Below, piece after piece: positions 1 to 8,719 of a DNA stretch of 64,000 bases. Under the pieces are notes generated by a model. It had not been told where the DNA came from and searched no databases. It saw only the letters and a list, made by a program, of their open reading frames with translations. Both the position numbers and the translations under genes were made by a program. The stretch lies in contig CBDBDQ010000005.1 of NCBI GenBank assembly GCA_965203905.1, positions 7,721,192 to 7,785,191 on the forward strand, read 5' to 3'. This stretch comes from Spirochaetia bacterium. GTDB lineage: Bacteria > Spirochaetota > Spirochaetia > SZUA-6 > Bin103. The stretch's first letter is position 1. Every line of letters begins with the position of its first letter.

Positions 1-121
1 CGGGCCGCGGTCGAGGGAGAGTGACCTACGCGCGCCATGGCGCGGGCCCAAGGACACAAGACGCGAGGGTCAAGATGCGGAGCACGTCTCCATCGGCATC
101 GGGGGCGGCTGTGCCTTTGAC

Positions 122-202
122 TCACCAAACCGTATTCAGCCATCCGAGATCGCGCATCAGCTTATCCTTGGTTACCAGCGGCGCGTCTTGGGATAAGGCA
201 AT
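122..202 (-). pseudogene. C-terminal remnant of a PIN-domain (VapC-like) toxin
   Basis: Minus strand reads IALSQDAPLVTKDKLMRDLGWLNTVW*, typical of a VapC C-terminus (PLVTxD...W*); upstream in-frame sequence does not look like PIN. Confidence 0.5.
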
Positions 203-452
203 CTCGGTGTTGGTGGAAGAAGAACGTTGACCGCTCTGAGGTTTCAGATCCACGCACGGGAACACCGCCTAATCAGAATTCTGCCGCGGCCGATCGAGCG
301 GCGGCACGACGTGGCAGCGCTACCTCTCACGCCACCACGATCCGCGCCGGCACCACCGGCCAACCGTCACTCTAGCGGTGCGCTCAGGTTGACCAGCACA
401 TGATGAGGCATAGCAGAGTCAGTGTAAACGGTCGTCCTGTCTCGCGCTCGGG

Positions 453-1505
453 TTACGCCCGCCGCAGCTGCACGTTCGCAACCGCCAGCAGCGACTCGAC
501 GCAGTCGCGCAGCGACTCATCGAACGGCCGAAACTCGACGCCGGTGACGGCGCGAACGCGGTCGTTGCGCAGGTCGCAGCCGGCCCAGATCGCTCGCAGC
601 TCCGCCTCCCGCGCCTTCGTTTCCTCAGACTGTTTGTCGGCGACCGAAGCTTCGGTGCGCCCCAGCTCCGGCAGCAGCTGGCCGATTCGGCGGTCGATCG
701 CTTCCACCTTGTGCATCTCGGCTGCCCAGGCCAGGTAGCGCTCGCCGCTGCGCACCTGCACGCTCTCGAGCAGGCCGATGTGGCAGTCGGCGGTGTCGCG
801 CACGTCGACCGGCATCCACGGCCGATAATCCTCGGTCTGCGGATACTCACCCAACAGCATCATCTCGATACGGTGCTGCCACGGCCCCATGTCCTTCTGG
901 TGCGCGGACTGTATCGGGCCGACGTTGTCGGCGGGCAGGCACGCGATCGACTCCCATCTGCCGCTGCGCTCGGCGGCCTGGGCGAACGAGCGCTCGGCGA
1001 TGAGCTTGCCCATCGCGTAGCCGGCGCGCTTGGCCGTCCAGTCGGGTTGCTGCTCGTTCGGGTAGCGGTCCTCGTAGAGTACCGGACGCGGCGCCAGCTC
1101 CCGCCGGTCCACCTCGGCCGACACGGCGGCCAGGCTGGAGGTGACAATCACCCGGCCAACGCTCCCGGACTTGTCGATGCTGGCGATGGTGTGATCGCAC
1201 ACCATCCGGACGTAGTCCATATCGTCGTACTTGCTGACGTGCGACACGTGACACACGCCGTAGCAGCCGGCAAAGGCCTGGTCGAAACAGCCAGGCTGGT
1301 CTAAGTCGGCGCTGTGGATTGAGAGTCGGCCCGACGCGTAGCCGGGCATCTGTCGCAGGAAGGTAGTGCGAGTCGAGTCATCGGAGTCGCGCACGCAGGC
1401 GCGCACGCGGTACCCCTTGTCCAGCAGCCGCCGCACCACCCAGCCGCCGATGAAGCCGGCAGCGCCGGTAACTGCGACGGTGCCGCCCTTCTGTACTGGT
1501 GCCAT
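453..1505 (-). CDS. NAD-dependent epimerase/dehydratase (dihydroflavonol reductase-like extended SDR)
   Basis: VAVTGAAGFIGGW Rossmann motif, YAMGK catalytic motif; start trimmed to ATG at 1505. Confidence 0.85.
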   Translation of the reverse strand: MAPVQKGGTVAVTGAAGFIGGWVVRRLLDKGYRVRACVRDSDDSTRTTFLRQMPGYASGRLSIHSADLDQPGCFDQAFAGCYGVCHVSHVSKYDDMDYVRMVCDHTIASIDKSGSVGRVIVTSSLAAVSAEVDRRELAPRPVLYEDRYPNEQQPDWTAKRAGYAMGKLIAERSFAQAAERSGRWESIACLPADNVGPIQSAHQKDMGPWQHRIEMMLLGEYPQTEDYRPWMPVDVRDTADCHIGLLESVQVRSGERYLAWAAEMHKVEAIDRRIGQLLPELGRTEASVADKQSEETKAREAELRAIWAGCDLRNDRVRAVTGVEFRPFDESLRDCVESLLAVANVQLRRA

Positions 1506-1823
1506 TTGATCCGGAGCGTATCCGACCCGATCTGGTCGATCAAGTCCGCCAGGGCGTGGCGCCTCGCACAGGGCGCGCGGCCCAACCGCCCAACCTCTTG
1601 CATGCCTCGAGCAAACGGAGTAGTTGTGTGCTATCCAGTCGTGACCATCAAGACCAACGGAACTCAGCGGCGCGCCCGCGACATCAGCACAATGGTGATA
1701 CCTGCGATCCGGCAAAAGGGCCCATTGGCCGATTCGGAACGTGTCCCAAGGCCCCTTCGACACGGCAAATGAGATCGTCAGTAGGGATAGGCGTGTAAGC
1801 ACACATACGCTTATGATGGATGT

Positions 1824-2048
1824 ATGAGTACAACTCGATGGTCGCTGGTGGTCTCCGAAGCAACTGACCGCGCCCTGCGTACCTTCCTTGCGAGTCGGGG
1901 ACTGAAGAAAGGGCATCTCTCGCAGTTTGTTGAGGACGCCGTGAGAGAAAAGCTGTTCGATCTGACCGTCGCAGAAGTCAAAGAGCGAAACGCGGGACAA
2001 ACCGATGCTGTCATGCAGGCCGTCGAGGAGGCTCTCGAGCGAGCCTGA
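1824..2048 (+). CDS. Ribbon-helix-helix antitoxin
   Basis: 74 aa, RWSLVVSEATDRALR...LSQFVEDAV strand-helix-helix pattern, immediately upstream of a PIN gene. Confidence 0.7.
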   Translation: MSTTRWSLVVSEATDRALRTFLASRGLKKGHLSQFVEDAVREKLFDLTVAEVKERNAGQTDAVMQAVEEALERA

Positions 2049-2051
2049 GGC

Positions 2052-2461
2052 GTGCGTGTTGTGCTCGACACCGGAATCCTCGTTGCCGCTCTGATCACAC
2101 GGACACACCCCCAGACCAACTGTACCAGCTGTGGCGCAAGCGACGGTTCACGCTGATCACGTCCGAGCCGCAGTTAAGCGAGTTCCGGCGCGTCACTCGT
2201 TACCCGAAGCTGCGTCGGTTTCTGAAGGCTCACGAAGCGGGGACCCTCCTGCGCGGGGTGCGTGCGCGAGCTGTTGTTGTCCCAGGGCTGCCACAGATCG
2301 ATCTTGTCGACGACCCCGACGACAATCTCGTGCTTGCCACCGCTCTCGCCGGCGAGGCTGACTATCTGGTCACCGGAGATCGGCGTCACCTACTGCACCT
2401 GAAGAAGGTGCAGCACACGAGGATCTTGACGGCACGTGAGCTCACAGAGTTGCTCAACTGA
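2052..2461 (+). pseudogene. PIN-domain toxin with one frameshift near 2097 (may be a sequencing error)
   Basis: MRVVLDTGILVAALIT then shifts frame to TDTPPDQLYQLW...DPDDNLVLATALAGEADYLVTGDRRHLL. Confidence 0.8.
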
Positions 2462-2669
2462 CCGTTCCCGACGAACGGGACCGGCCGATGGCCATACCAA
2501 GTTCTCGATCCCATCCCTGGTGTTGCGTTGCGCGCCCCGAGCCGAAGTTCGTTGCAGGATAGATGGCACGGAGTGTGGGCGGTGGGTGTTCCGTTCCGAG
2601 CGTGTCCCTGGAGCGGAACGCGGGAACGGCGGAACGGTGGGCGGATGAGAGCGAGTAGGCCGTTGGGAG

Positions 2670-3605
2670 TCAGGCCGGCAGGTGCCAGCCGGCGGGACCG
2701 CGGACGGCGAGACCGCGTTGCTGGAGAGATTGGAGGGCGAGACCGAGACGAGCGTTGTTGACGCGCAGGCGTTGGCGGAGGGCGGTCCTGGAGAGCGGCT
2801 GGCCGGCGGTGCGAAGAGCGGCGCGCACGGCCTCGGTGAGCGGGGGCGGCGGAGCGGCGGCACCGTCGACGATCAGCGAGAGGGGCTGGTGGGCGCCGCC
2901 TGAGAGGCGCAGCAGGAGGGGATCGGGAGCGGGAGCGGCGCGGTGTTCGACGGTGAGTTGGAGCCGGTCGTCGGCCCGCCGCACGAGGTAGCATGCGGAG
3001 TCGGTCCAGGCATGCAGATCGGAGGAGCCGCGCAGGGACTGGCCGAGATTGCGGCGCGAACGCTTGGCCATGTGGTGGACGAGGACGACCGCGAGCTGAT
3101 GGCGGCGATTGATGGCGCGCAGAAAGCCGAGCAGGGAAGAAATGTCTGAAGCGCTGTTTTCGTCGAGGGAATGAAGGCGGACCAGGGGGTCCAGCAACAG
3201 CAGCGCCGGGCGGATGCGTTGCACGGTGTGGTCGAGAGCGAGCCGGTCGCGCTCGGTGTCGAGGCGCAGCCGGTCGGCCGTGACGACGTGCAGGTCGAGG
3301 CGGGACAGGTCGAGGCCGCGGTGGCGGCACAGGTGGGCGACGCGGTCGCGGACGCGCGGCAGAGCATCCTCGGCAAGATAGACCAGGGCGGGTCCGGTGG
3401 CGTCGACCGGGAACCGCCCGAGGGCGGGAGTGCCGGACGCGACCGAGACGGCGAGATCAAGACCGAGCCATGACTTGCCAACCTTGGGGCTGCCGCCAAT
3501 CACGCCGACAGCGGCGGTGGTCCAGAGGTCGCGCACCAGCCACTGGGGAGTGTCTGGTTGGGGATCGATGGCATGGACCGGAACGGTGGGCAGGGGACCG
3601 GTCAT
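2670..3605 (-). CDS. AAA_25 / RepA-like RecA-fold ATPase with C-terminal winged helix
   Basis: Walker A GSPKVGKS, YLAED, Walker B LLLLDP, VLVHH, LRGSSDL motifs; ATGA overlap with upstream ATPase. Confidence 0.8.
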   Translation of the reverse strand: MTGPLPTVPVHAIDPQPDTPQWLVRDLWTTAAVGVIGGSPKVGKSWLGLDLAVSVASGTPALGRFPVDATGPALVYLAEDALPRVRDRVAHLCRHRGLDLSRLDLHVVTADRLRLDTERDRLALDHTVQRIRPALLLLDPLVRLHSLDENSASDISSLLGFLRAINRRHQLAVVLVHHMAKRSRRNLGQSLRGSSDLHAWTDSACYLVRRADDRLQLTVEHRAAPAPDPLLLRLSGGAHQPLSLIVDGAAAPPPPLTEAVRAALRTAGQPLSRTALRQRLRVNNARLGLALQSLQQRGLAVRGPAGWHLPA

Positions 3606-4405
3606 GGCCACAGCGACTTGCGAGCGGCGATCACGTCGCCGGCGCTGACGGTGGAGTGGGACGACTTGGCGGCGCGTTGCAGGGCGGCCAGGGCGAGGCG
3701 GTCGATGGCGCGCAGGTTGCCGCGGCTCATTTCGAAGATGGTTTGCTGAGCGTCGCCGTCGAAGGGATTGGTGCGCGCGCCGGCGAGGGTGCAGCGATGT
3801 TCGAGGTAGGCGCAGGTTTCGTCACGGGACAGGAGGCGCAACTCGGCGTAATGCGCGAGGCGGTGCGCGATGGCGGCTTGCTCGGGACGCCGCAGGAGCT
3901 GTCTGAGAGCAGGCTGGCCGGCGAGCACGAGGGACACGACGAGGCGACTGTCCATTTCGAAGTTCGTGAGGACGCGCAACATGGCCAACGATTCGGGGCG
4001 CAGGTCATGTGCTTCGTCGAGCAGGATAACCGGGCGCATGCCGTCGCTGGCGGTGTGATCGAAAGCGCCCTGCAACTTGCGCACGAGGGCGGGATAGATG
4101 CCGGTGGGAGAGAGGCCGCAGGCGACGGCGATCTCCTTGCACAGGTCACGCTTGGAGAGGCCGGTGACCTTGACGTAGTGGACGCTGAAGCGCACCTCCG
4201 GGAGAGCGGCGACGAGCATGCGCAAGGCGACGGTCTTGCCGGTGCCGGCGGGAGCGATGAGTGCGGCGCTCATGCGCTCCTGGACGGCCTCGGTGAGAGC
4301 GGCGGCGACCTGGGCCTGAGGTTCGAGCGGGAAGCACTCGCGCACCTGCAACTCGCGGGTAAAGGGGGTCTTGCGAAAGCCCAGTGTGCTGAGGTCGTGG
4401 CTCAT
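3602..4405 (-). CDS. ExeA/TnsC-like AAA+ ATPase (transposition helper)
   Basis: LGFRKTPF N-terminus, APAGTGKT, ILLDEAH, LAGQP, SRGNLRAID; coupled to transposase. Confidence 0.85.
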   Translation of the reverse strand: MSHDLSTLGFRKTPFTRELQVRECFPLEPQAQVAAALTEAVQERMSAALIAPAGTGKTVALRMLVAALPEVRFSVHYVKVTGLSKRDLCKEIAVACGLSPTGIYPALVRKLQGAFDHTASDGMRPVILLDEAHDLRPESLAMLRVLTNFEMDSRLVVSLVLAGQPALRQLLRRPEQAAIAHRLAHYAELRLLSRDETCAYLEHRCTLAGARTNPFDGDAQQTIFEMSRGNLRAIDRLALAALQRAAKSSHSTVSAGDVIAARKSLWP

Positions 4406-5799
4406 GGCTGCTGCTCCTGGTCGTGGCGGTCGTCGTGCGGGTCGCTATAGCCGCCGTCGGGATCGACCAGCGGGCGGGTGTCGTTGGCGTAGGCGATGCC
4501 GGCCGCGGTGGCGGGGAGTTCCTCGCCGTCGTCGTCGTCAGTCGGTTGCGGCGCGCTGCCGGAGCCGCGCGGTGAGGTCGCGTTGGCATGCGGGTCCACC
4601 TCGGCCAGTTCGATCATGCGGCCCTGGTGCAGCACCCACAGGCGCCCGTCGAGCACGTGGCGCGCCACCTCGACCCAACTGCGGGCGCTGCGGAGCGGTG
4701 CTTCCCACAACCGACCGCCGGCCTTGATGACGTGATCGTTGGAGACCTTGTGCAGGGCGCGCACCACGAAGCGGCGGTACAGGTCGGCGTCGTCGGTCGG
4801 GAAGCGCAGCTCGCGTCCCTGCTCCCAGCGCTGGCGCGGGGTGATCTCCTTGCCCAGAGTCTCGTGCGGGGTGTCGTTGTAGCGGTTCAGGAAGTGGCGC
4901 AGGCGCAGTGTGAGTGCCTGGCAGGCGGGGTCCACGTCGGCGGCGCCGTCGAGGGCACGCAGCGCCTAGTCGTAAGCGGTGCGGTGGAAGCGCTCGACGG
5001 CGCCGTGGCCCTCGGGATACCTGCTGGCGCCGTGGATCAGCAAGGCGCCCAGGCCGCCCTGGACCACCGCCAGGGTGTCCTTGGAGATGAAGCCCGGTCC
5101 CTTGTCCAGGTAGTACAGGTCCGCGCTACCGTGCCGCATGACCGCTTCGTGGAGGCCGCGCAGGAACAGTTCGCTGGACTCCGCGGTGCCCACCACCACC
5201 TCGAGGCCGTAGCGGGTGGCATCGTCGAGGAAGAACAGCGCGACCCGGCGCAGCCGCGCCGCGCCGGCGCGGAAGTGCTTGCCGTCGGCGAGCACGCACT
5301 GCATACGCTCGGCGTAGCGCCAGCGCCGGGTGTCGCCGTCACGCTTGTGCGGTCGCACGCGCGTCGGCAAACCCATCCGCCGGCAGGCGCGCCACACCGT
5401 GGTGCGATCGATCTTCAGGTCGACCGGGATGATGCCGCGCTCGCGCGCCCGGCGCACCATCTCCGGTACCGAGGCGCGCGCATCACGCTGCTTCTCGGTG
5501 CGCACAAAGGTGACCAGCTTGGAGCTCAGCGCCAGGGAAGTCGCGATGCGGGTGCGCGGCTGCGGCTCCAGGGCAGCCAGGCCGCCGGCGGCCCAGGCAG
5601 CACGCCAGCGTTGCAAGGTGCGTACGCTGACCCGCAGCGGGCGACCGTTCAGGTCCACGCGGTCGCGACCGGCAACGTGCCGTACCGCGGCTCCCGCGGG
5701 GTATCCGCGCAACACCAGGGCCTCCACCTCGGCGACTGCCAGGGAGCGCACCAGCGCGGTCGCCGAGGCCGGTAACGGGGGACGCGTCGAGTCATTCAT
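4402..5799 (-). pseudogene. DDE integrase/transposase (rve core plus Mu-transposase-like C-terminus) interrupted by in-frame TAG at 4966-4968
   Basis: HTH (SVRTLQRW), VLADGK, FLDDATRY, YLDKGPGF, GAVERFHRT motifs; downstream ORF 4402-4935 is in the same frame. Confidence 0.85.
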
Positions 5800-6653
5800 G
5801 CGCCTACCGTAGCGCCGCCCGAGGCTGCTCGAACGGGCGCTTTCGTGGCCGGCGGCGCCCGTCCCCGAGGGCTGCCGGCCATCTCCTTCTCCCGCGCTTC
5901 GGAACGACCCGTCGCGGTAACGATCCAGCTCTTGCCGGCCTGCTCCCAGCGCGCCACCAGCCGCGGGCGCGGTGGCCCCCACAGATCGCTGACCGCACCC
6001 GCCGCTCCCATGCGGTCCCCCAGCGTGGCGCTCACCGCCAGCGCCACCAGCACCGCCACGATCGCGGCTCCGCGGCTCTGCCAACTGCGCTCCCAACTGC
6101 GTGCTCCCGCGAGCACCGTCATGGTCGCCACTCCCAGCCGCGTCGCGATCTGCTCTCGCTCCCGCTCCTCCAGTTCCGGGCTCACCCCGGTCAGCCGTCC
6201 GGCCATCTCCAACCGCCGCTCCTGGGTACGCCGGCATGGCGTACTCGACGACCGCCACCAGTGCAACTCCGATGGCCACCCCTTCTCCTGCTCCGCATCC
6301 TGCGCTGCCCTGAACAGCGTCGCCTGCCACTGCGGTTGGCTGCTGTCAGCGTCGAGCAACAGCTCGCCGTCTGTGCTGTACCGCACCACAGCCACCCGTC
6401 CGTACGGGTAATGTCCCGGCGGATACAGCGTGTAGCGCCGCCCCCCATGCTCCCGGCACCCCACCACCGCTATCGGGTAGCACGGTCCGCTCTTGCGCTC
6501 TCGGTAATGATCGACGAAGATGGCACACGTCTGCTCCCCCGTGGCGTAGACGCATCGTGTCGGCAGCACGGCGTGTAAGGCTCCGTCCTTATCCGTCTCG
6601 TAGCTCGTCGTCGCGTACGGGAGCGCGTGTGCCTCGGTTCCACCCTCGGACAC
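5796..6653 (-). CDS. Cys/His-containing hypothetical protein, first gene of the transposon
   Basis: 285 aa, GAGAGG-like RBS before GTG, ATGA overlap with transposase; C...C...CxxH...YTLYPxGxxPY pattern. Confidence 0.65.
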   Translation of the reverse strand: MSEGGTEAHALPYATTSYETDKDGALHAVLPTRCVYATGEQTCAIFVDHYRERKSGPCYPIAVVGCREHGGRRYTLYPPGHYPYGRVAVVRYSTDGELLLDADSSQPQWQATLFRAAQDAEQEKGWPSELHWWRSSSTPCRRTQERRLEMAGRLTGVSPELEEREREQIATRLGVATMTVLAGARSWERSWQSRGAAIVAVLVALAVSATLGDRMGAAGAVSDLWGPPRPRLVARWEQAGKSWIVTATGRSEAREKEMAGSPRGRAPPATKAPVRAASGGATVGA

Positions 6654-6704
6654 TCGCTGCCTCTCGTGTGCCTCGACTCGCGGTCACCCGCCCGCCGAGG
6701 CTGC

Positions 6705-6742
6705 AAAAAAGTGAAGCCCGCAGCATTCACCTGCTGCGGGCT
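6705..6742 (-). terminator. Intrinsic terminator hairpin in transposon leader (IS110 target)
   Basis: Minus strand AGCCCGCAGCA-GGTGAA-TGCTGCGGGCT followed by TCACTTTTTT. Confidence 0.7.
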
Positions 6743-6758
6743 CCTTAGAAACACATAG

Positions 6759-8144
6759 TCAGGCGGCGTGAGGTACGAGATCGAAGCCGAGAGAACGGGC
6801 TTGGTTGCGCAGGTTGCGCTCACGGCGTTTGCGATCCTGGCAGTGCTGTTGCGAGAGCAGGTCGTCGTCGTAGAGGACATGGTGCGTGACGAGGTGGTAG
6901 ATGATGCGAGCCATCTTGTGGGCGGTGGCGGTGATTGCCTGTGGAGTGCCGAGGCGGGCACGCTTGCGGCGAAAGTGATCTCCGAGCGAGGAGTGGCTCC
7001 GATACAGCGTTTGGGTTGCGATGCGGAGCGCCTGAGCGGCGCGATTGGTGCCGGGTCCGGTCTTCGAACTGATGATCTTGCCGCCGGTGATCTTGTTGTG
7101 GGGGCAGAGATTCAACCAGGAAGCAAAGTGCGCGGCGTCGGGAAAGCGTGACAGATCGGCGCCGATTTCGGTAAACAAGGTAAGGGCAGTGCTCTCGCCG
7201 ATGCCGGGAATAAGGGTCAGGTCGGTACCGAACAGGCGCGTGAGGTGGCGGCTCAGCACGAACCGTTCAGACGTACTCGGGGAGCTGGGAGCCTCACCTT
7301 CGCCGGGAACCGCGCTGCGGTCGGCGCCGGAGGGAACGTCAGGCGGCACATTCGGGTCCGTCTCCAGGGTGCCGATCATGGTCTTGATCTGCTGATCGCA
7401 GGTATCGATGAGCTGCTGGTAGTGCGCATAGGTCAGCCGCGCTTGCTGCAGGGTAAACAGATGCTCGGGACGCCAGTCACCTTGCAGTGCCTTGATCAAC
7501 GTCTCGCGGCTGGCTCTGATCCCGCGATGGGCCAGCGCGGCCAATCGTGCTGGAGCCCGTTCCCCGCCCAGGATGGCGTCGGTGATGGCCATGCCGGTCA
7601 CCCCGGTCAGATCAGAGATCGCATGGTGCAAATGGATGTTCATCTGATCGTAGGATTTCTGCATATGCAGCACGCTCCGCGATGCCGCCTTCACCAGGGT
7701 GTCGCGATGGCGCAGCAGCGTGCGCAGCGCGCACACCTCGTCGGGCGGGCGGAAGGAGCCGCTCAGCAGTCCCACCGAATGTAGATGACGCAGCCATTCG
7801 CAGTCGGCTACGTCGCTCTTGCGACCGGGCACCGAGCGCACATGACGGGCGTTGACCAGTACCACGTCGAAGCCACGAGCTTCCAGGATCTGGAGCACGG
7901 GTATCCAGTAGACGCCGGTAGACTCCATAGCGACCGTGGTTACCCGGCACTCGCTGAGCCAGTCGGCCAACGCGTGCAGGTCGCTGGTGAACGTGGGGAA
8001 ATTACGGATCGGCACCGCGGCGCGATCTTCGCGTACTGCGGCGTACACCGCGGTGGCGCCTATATCCACACCTGCGGCGTCGGGATGGACCTGGTTCGGC
8101 TGCGCCGGGCGTTTGCCGTTGCGTCGCCTCTTACGTCGTGCCAT
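6759..8144 (-). CDS. IS110-family recombinase/transposase
   Basis: AAGVDIG, VAMESTGVYW, RKSDVADCEWL (DEDD RuvC domain), IPGIG, HFASWLNLCP; GGAGG RBS. Confidence 0.95.
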   Translation of the reverse strand: MARRKRRRNGKRPAQPNQVHPDAAGVDIGATAVYAAVREDRAAVPIRNFPTFTSDLHALADWLSECRVTTVAMESTGVYWIPVLQILEARGFDVVLVNARHVRSVPGRKSDVADCEWLRHLHSVGLLSGSFRPPDEVCALRTLLRHRDTLVKAASRSVLHMQKSYDQMNIHLHHAISDLTGVTGMAITDAILGGERAPARLAALAHRGIRASRETLIKALQGDWRPEHLFTLQQARLTYAHYQQLIDTCDQQIKTMIGTLETDPNVPPDVPSGADRSAVPGEGEAPSSPSTSERFVLSRHLTRLFGTDLTLIPGIGESTALTLFTEIGADLSRFPDAAHFASWLNLCPHNKITGGKIISSKTGPGTNRAAQALRIATQTLYRSHSSLGDHFRRKRARLGTPQAITATAHKMARIIYHLVTHHVLYDDDLLSQQHCQDRKRRERNLRNQARSLGFDLVPHAA

Positions 8145-8179
8145 GAAAAGCCTCCACTATGCACCAAGTGCAGCGGCCG

Positions 8180-8345
8180 AGGCGTGAACAAGAGGCATTC
8201 TCCTTACCGGGATGGCCGTCGCCGACAGTGCCGGTGCCGACCTCACCAATGACTACGCCACCTGCCTCGGGACCAAGCTTCACAACGGGTTCGCCACAGC
8301 GGGCGGTCACACCAATGTTCGCGCGGCCTACTTTCGCGCCCCACT
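8180..8345 (-). ncRNA. Putative IS110 bridge RNA (approximate limits)
   Basis: Long non-coding end upstream of transposase with two CATTGGTG motifs, an 8-nt match to the target flank (8277-8284) and a 7-nt match to the donor end (8200-8206). Confidence 0.7.
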
Positions 8346-8719
8346 CGGTGAAATATCGCCCCCAGTATATCTCGCTCCCGTTTCTTCCATGATCACTCCG
8401 GACCGTCAGGCCCGGTAGGATAGCTTCACACTTTACGCCCCCGTCGCTTCTCCGCCTACGCCATCGTCACCGCAACCGGTACTCCCTCACCCCGCCCTTG
8501 GGCGCGCAACGCAATACCTGGCCTTACACCAGGCGGCGACTTGGCCCAACTCGAACGCCCCGTGCATCGGCTTCGCTGACCGGCCAGGTCACGCCCATCC
8601 TGCGCACGCCGCTCAGAAAGTGAGCCATTTGCCGCTTAGAAATTGACCCACCCCCGGCAGGCGAACCCTCCGGGTGATAGTTTGGTGTTGCTGAACATCA
8701 AACTGAACCGGAGAGAAGG

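Larger units (their letters stand above)
6741..8423 (-). mobile_element. IS110-family element
   Basis: Shared GCT core at 6740-6742 and 8423-8425; removing the element restores a perfect 15-bp-stem hairpin; no TIR or TSD, as expected for IS110. Confidence 0.85.
2521..8516 (-). mobile_element. Mu/Tn7-like DDE transposon with four genes, carrying a nested IS110
   Basis: Ends TGTTGCGTTGCGCGCCC (2521-2537) and GGGCGCGCAACGCAATA (8500-8516), 16/17 inverted match; CCTGG on both flanks (2516-2520, 8517-8521); four translationally coupled genes. Confidence 0.9.

Noticed and set aside
208-401. Possible MITE with TGT...ACA ends truncating the PIN remnant
   Set aside because: Inverted repeat is poor and no target duplication was found
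1737-1758. Short match CCCAAGGCCCCTT shared with about 17630-17642 (reverse)
   Set aside because: Only about 13-20 bp with no further alignment; cannot be separated from chance
1506-2108. N-terminal 200 aa of the 551-aa ORF
   Set aside because: Overlaps the RHH-PIN pair on the other strand; SDR homology starts at ATG 1505
3602-4405. Type II secretion ExeA
   Set aside because: No secretion genes or peptidoglycan-binding domain; coupled to a transposase inside terminal repeats
4966-4968. Pyrrolysine or programmed read-through of TAG
   Set aside because: TAG serves as a normal stop elsewhere in the window and no pyl genes are seen; point mutation or miscall is simpler
2521-8516. Prophage (Mu-like) or CRISPR-associated transposon
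   Set aside because: No structural phage genes, cas genes or array within the defined ends
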